A DNA stretch of 64,000 nucleotides, taken from positions 32,001 to 96,000 of the forward strand of contig JAVYVS010000003.1 of assembly GCA_038727515.1 (NCBI GenBank). The letters run 5' to 3'. Positions within the stretch are counted from its first letter, which is position 1. Every line of letters starts with the position of its first letter. Origin of the DNA: Candidatus Methanomethylicia archaeon. Lineage in GTDB: Archaea > Thermoproteota > Methanomethylicia > Culexarchaeales > Culexarchaeaceae. The notes under the pieces were generated by a model that saw only the letters and a program-made list of their open reading frames with translations, did no database searches and had not been told where the DNA came from. Positions 61,209 through 64,000 of this stretch are shown here, piece by piece. The position numbers and the translations under genes were made by a program.

Positions 61209-64000
61209 TTAAGCAGGATAATTATATTCTTGATTTATTCTGCCGTATCTCGCCTTAAGATAGACGCTGATGTCCCGCCAGTCATCTAATATTTTAGGCC
61301 AGAGCTCGCTGAACACATATTTATTAACGTAATCCTTCATCGCCTTTTCACGCCTAATTTTCCCCTCACGCCAGTCGACGGATACTAGGCCCGCTCTGCG
61401 CAAATACCGGAGGCTGCGGTAAATCTCCTCTGGGCTAATGGGATAGGCTACTGCGCGCTCTAAATCGCTGATTAAAGCGTTTATGGGTATTTCATCCTCA
61501 TACCTCAGATAAATCATAGCTATAGTATCCTGAGTCACCCTCATGGTTCTGCTCAAATACAGCCCAATCCCCCTAGACGGCATTAGCACCTGCTCTAAGC
61601 GATGCCCATACCTCCTATAGAACCAGCTCTTAGCAGCTTCCACCAGCGCCAAATATGCGCTTATTATGGCGGCCAGCGCGAGATAAAATTCGATCGGGGG
61701 CTGAACAAACCTGAAGACCGCTCCCAGCCACGTGTATGGCAGCGCTAGAGCGAAGATTATTACGGATGCGCTTGTGAAGATCAAGGCTTTGCTGGGCCTA
61801 CTCCTGTAGAATGGGAACAGCCTTGTCCTTATGATAAAGACGACCAGCGTCTGCGTTAACAGGGACTCTAGGAACCATGCTGTCTGAAACAGCGGCTCAG
61901 CGGCCTTAAATGCTAAGAGCATCATGAAGTATGTTAGAAAGTCGAAGAGCGAGCTTATAGGTCCAAAGAACACCATGAACCTTCTCACGAAAAATATATC
62001 CCACCTCTTAGGCTTCTCTAAGTATTCCCTGTCGACATCGTCCAGCGGGACGGCTGTTTGAGTCAAATCGTATAGTAGGTTGTTTAAGAGTATTTGTATT
62101 GGGAGCATTGGTAGGAATGGTAGGAATAATGAACCTAGGGCGACGCTGAACATGTTCCCAAAGTTTGAGCTAATAGCCATCAGGATATACTTCATAGCGT
62201 TGCCGAAGGTTTTCCTACCCTCTAAAACGCCATCATAGAGTATAGTTAGATCGTTCTCTAGGAGGATTATGTCCGCGGCTTCCTTCGCAACATCGACAGC
62301 ATTATCCACGGATATGCCAACGTCAGCATTCTTCAGCGACGGCGCATCATTGATACCATCGCCGAGGAAGCCGACCACATGTCCATTAGCCCTCAAAGCG
62401 CTTATTATCCTATTCTTTTGGGCTGGGGTCACGCGGCAGAAGACGTTCACCTCCTCAACAGCCCTCGCTAGGGCGTCATCATGCATATGCTCAATCTCGC
62501 TTCCGAGGAGAATCCCTTTAATCTCAAAGCCTAAATGCTCACATACTTTCCTAGTGACGAGCTCATTGTCGCCGGTAAGTATCTTCAGCTCCACGCCAGC
62601 CTCCCTTAGGAGCTTTATTGCTTCTCTCGCGGTTTCTTTAGGCGGGTCGAGGAAACCTATAAAGCCTAGAAAAACCATTTCGCTCTCATCGCTGATGGAG
62701 TATACGGGCTTATATTCCCTCAGGCGCTTATACGCTACGCCCAGAACCCTATATCCTTCAGCGCTCAGCTCAAGGTATTTCCGCTCAATCTTTTTACGAG
62801 CCTCATCAGTTAAATCAGATACTACGTCGTCCAGCTCATAGAATAAGCATATCTTTAGGATCTCCTCCGGCGCACCTTTAGTGATCATGTAGCGCTGGTC
62901 TTCATGTTCAATAACTATTGAGAGACGCTTACGTATAAAGTCGAATGGTATCTCGTCGATCTTCCTGTAACCCGCAATATCTACACTCTTATATGCTAGT
63001 ACAGCCTCATCGAGGGGGCTTCTTAACCCAGTCTGATAATAACTATTTAGGTATGAGTATAGTAGCACTTTCTCGCTTTCTCTTCCGTTAACGTCAACGT
63101 GGAATATTAACCTTATCTTGTTCTCCGTTAATGTTCCGGTTTTATCAGTGCATAAGATGTCCATGCACCCAAAGTTTTGTATTGACGCTAAGCGCTTAAT
63201 TATAACCTTCTTCCTAGACATATTTATTGCGCCCTTAGACAGGTTTATTGAGATTATCATTGGTAGGAGATCCGGGGTCAGGCCGACGGCCAATGAGACT
63301 GAGAAGAGAAGCGACTCGAGAACATCCCGCTTATAGAGCGCGTTTATGAAGAAGATGAATAGGACTAGTAGAAACGTGGTCTCCATAATCATGTAGCCGA
63401 ACCTTCGTATGCCCCTTTGGAACTCGGTCTCAGGGCCTCTGGCGGCAAGCGCCCTAGATATCCGCCCATACTCCGTTCGACTCCCAGTCCTAACAACAAC
63501 AGCCGTGGCGGATCCGCTGACGACGGATGTCCCCATAAAGAGATAATTGCTCCACTCGGTAATTGGAAGGTCGCCCGATTTAAGGGGCGTAGGGGTCTTC
63601 TCAACTGGAAATGATTCTCCAGTTAAAGCTGATTGATCCACGCATAGATCCTTTGCGTTTATCACCCTAGCGTCCGCTGGCACTATGTCTCCAGCCGAGA
63701 GAAGTATGATGTCGCCTGGAACTATCTCGCTCATCTTTACTTCGCGCTTAAATCCATCCCTAATGACCGTGACTGTGAGAGCAACCCTTTCCCTCAGCAT
63801 CTCAGCGGCTCTCTCAGCCTTATGCTCCTGATAGAAATCTAAAAGCGTGCTCATAACTACTATCGAGAACACTATTATAGCGCTTTCATGATCGCCTAGG
63901 AGATAAGAGATTAAACCGGCTATCAGCAATATGATCACTAGAGGGTTTCTGAAATGGTATAAAAACTCTATTATAAGAGACCTCTTCCTCCTCCCGGCAA
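61209..64000 (-). CDS. mgtA: Mg2+-transporting P-type IIIB ATPase with extra C-terminal domain (start beyond the window)
   Basis: TGES, GLTPDLLP, DKTGT, SSNFGNMFS, NNLLYD, FQTAWFLESL, IRT; frame stays open from 63938 to 64000. Confidence 0.9.
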   Translation of the reverse strand, partial: AGRRKRSLIIEFLYHFRNPLVIILLIAGLISYLLGDHESAIIVFSIVVMSTLLDFYQEHKAERAAEMLRERVALTVTVIRDGFKREVKMSEIVPGDIILLSAGDIVPADARVINAKDLCVDQSALTGESFPVEKTPTPLKSGDLPITEWSNYLFMGTSVVSGSATAVVVRTGSRTEYGRISRALAARGPETEFQRGIRRFGYMIMETTFLLVLFIFFINALYKRDVLESLLFSVSLAVGLTPDLLPMIISINLSKGAINMSRKKVIIKRLASIQNFGCMDILCTDKTGTLTENKIRLIFHVDVNGRESEKVLLYSYLNSYYQTGLRSPLDEAVLAYKSVDIAGYRKIDEIPFDFIRKRLSIVIEHEDQRYMITKGAPEEILKICLFYELDDVVSDLTDEARKKIERKYLELSAEGYRVLGVAYKRLREYKPVYSISDESEMVFLGFIGFLDPPKETAREAIKLLREAGVELKILTGDNELVTRKVCEHLGFEIKGILLGSEIEHMHDDALARAVEEVNVFCRVTPAQKNRIISALRANGHVVGFLGDGINDAPSLKNADVGISVDNAVDVAKEAADIILLENDLTILYDGVLEGRKTFGNAMKYILMAISSNFGNMFSVALGSLFLPFLPMLPIQILLNNLLYDLTQTAVPLDDVDREYLEKPKRWDIFFVRRFMVFFGPISSLFDFLTYFMMLLAFKAAEPLFQTAWFLESLLTQTLVVFIIRTRLFPFYRSRPSKALIFTSASVIIFALALPYTWLGAVFRFVQPPIEFYLALAAIISAYLALVEAAKSWFYRRYGHRLEQVLMPSRGIGLYLSRTMRVTQDTIAMIYLRYEDEIPINALISDLERAVAYPISPEEIYRSLRYLRRAGLVSVDWREGKIRREKAMKDYVNKYVFSELWPKILDDWRDISVYLKARYGRINQEYNYPA

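Larger units (their letters stand above)
55202..64000. mobile_element. tRNA-Ala-anchored, decayed genomic island (continues beyond the window)
   Basis: Abrupt rise in GC and change in codon usage after the tRNA; integrase remnant 50 bp from the tRNA; several pseudogenes; second att site not in window. Confidence 0.75.

Overview
AT-rich core-genome segment of a TACK/Thermoproteota-type archaeon. Supporting markers are unsplit rpoB, split rpoA1/rpoA2, rps30e, TFE-beta next to tfb, and rps7-tuf-rps10-tRNA-Ser with no EF-2; the exact lineage cannot be fixed from this window. Bases ~1-55200 carry information-processing operons (rps8e-srp19-gar1-tfb; nop5-flpA; rnp4-rps19e-rpl39e-rpl31e-eIF6-rplX-pfdA-ftsY-secE-spt5-rpl11-rpl1-rplP0-rpl12-alaS; rpoH-B-A1-A2-rpl30e-nusA), cdc6, pyrDK, porGDAB, hypE, nikR and nine tRNAs, two with BHB introns. 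From tRNA-Ala(CGC) at 55201 to the end lies a visibly more GC-rich, partly decayed island with pseudogenes of an integrase, an antiporter, an MFS transporter and a PaREP1-like protein. It keeps two intact P-type ATPases, one a Mg2+-ATPase with a winged-helix-like C-terminal tail. Other notable points: a candidate box C/D guide RNA matching 23S helix 69; an exact 136-bp repeat shared by the rplP0 and rpl12 3' ends; probable AUA/AUC/CUG start codons (rpl12, nusA, nep1); a P-loop-degenerate HerA/VirB4(CedB)-like operon facing a membrane-anchored ArsR; an orphan C5-methyltransferase + SPOUT pair; an inverted rps12; and a candidate origin upstream of cdc6. All calls come from motif recognition by eye; no searches were run.
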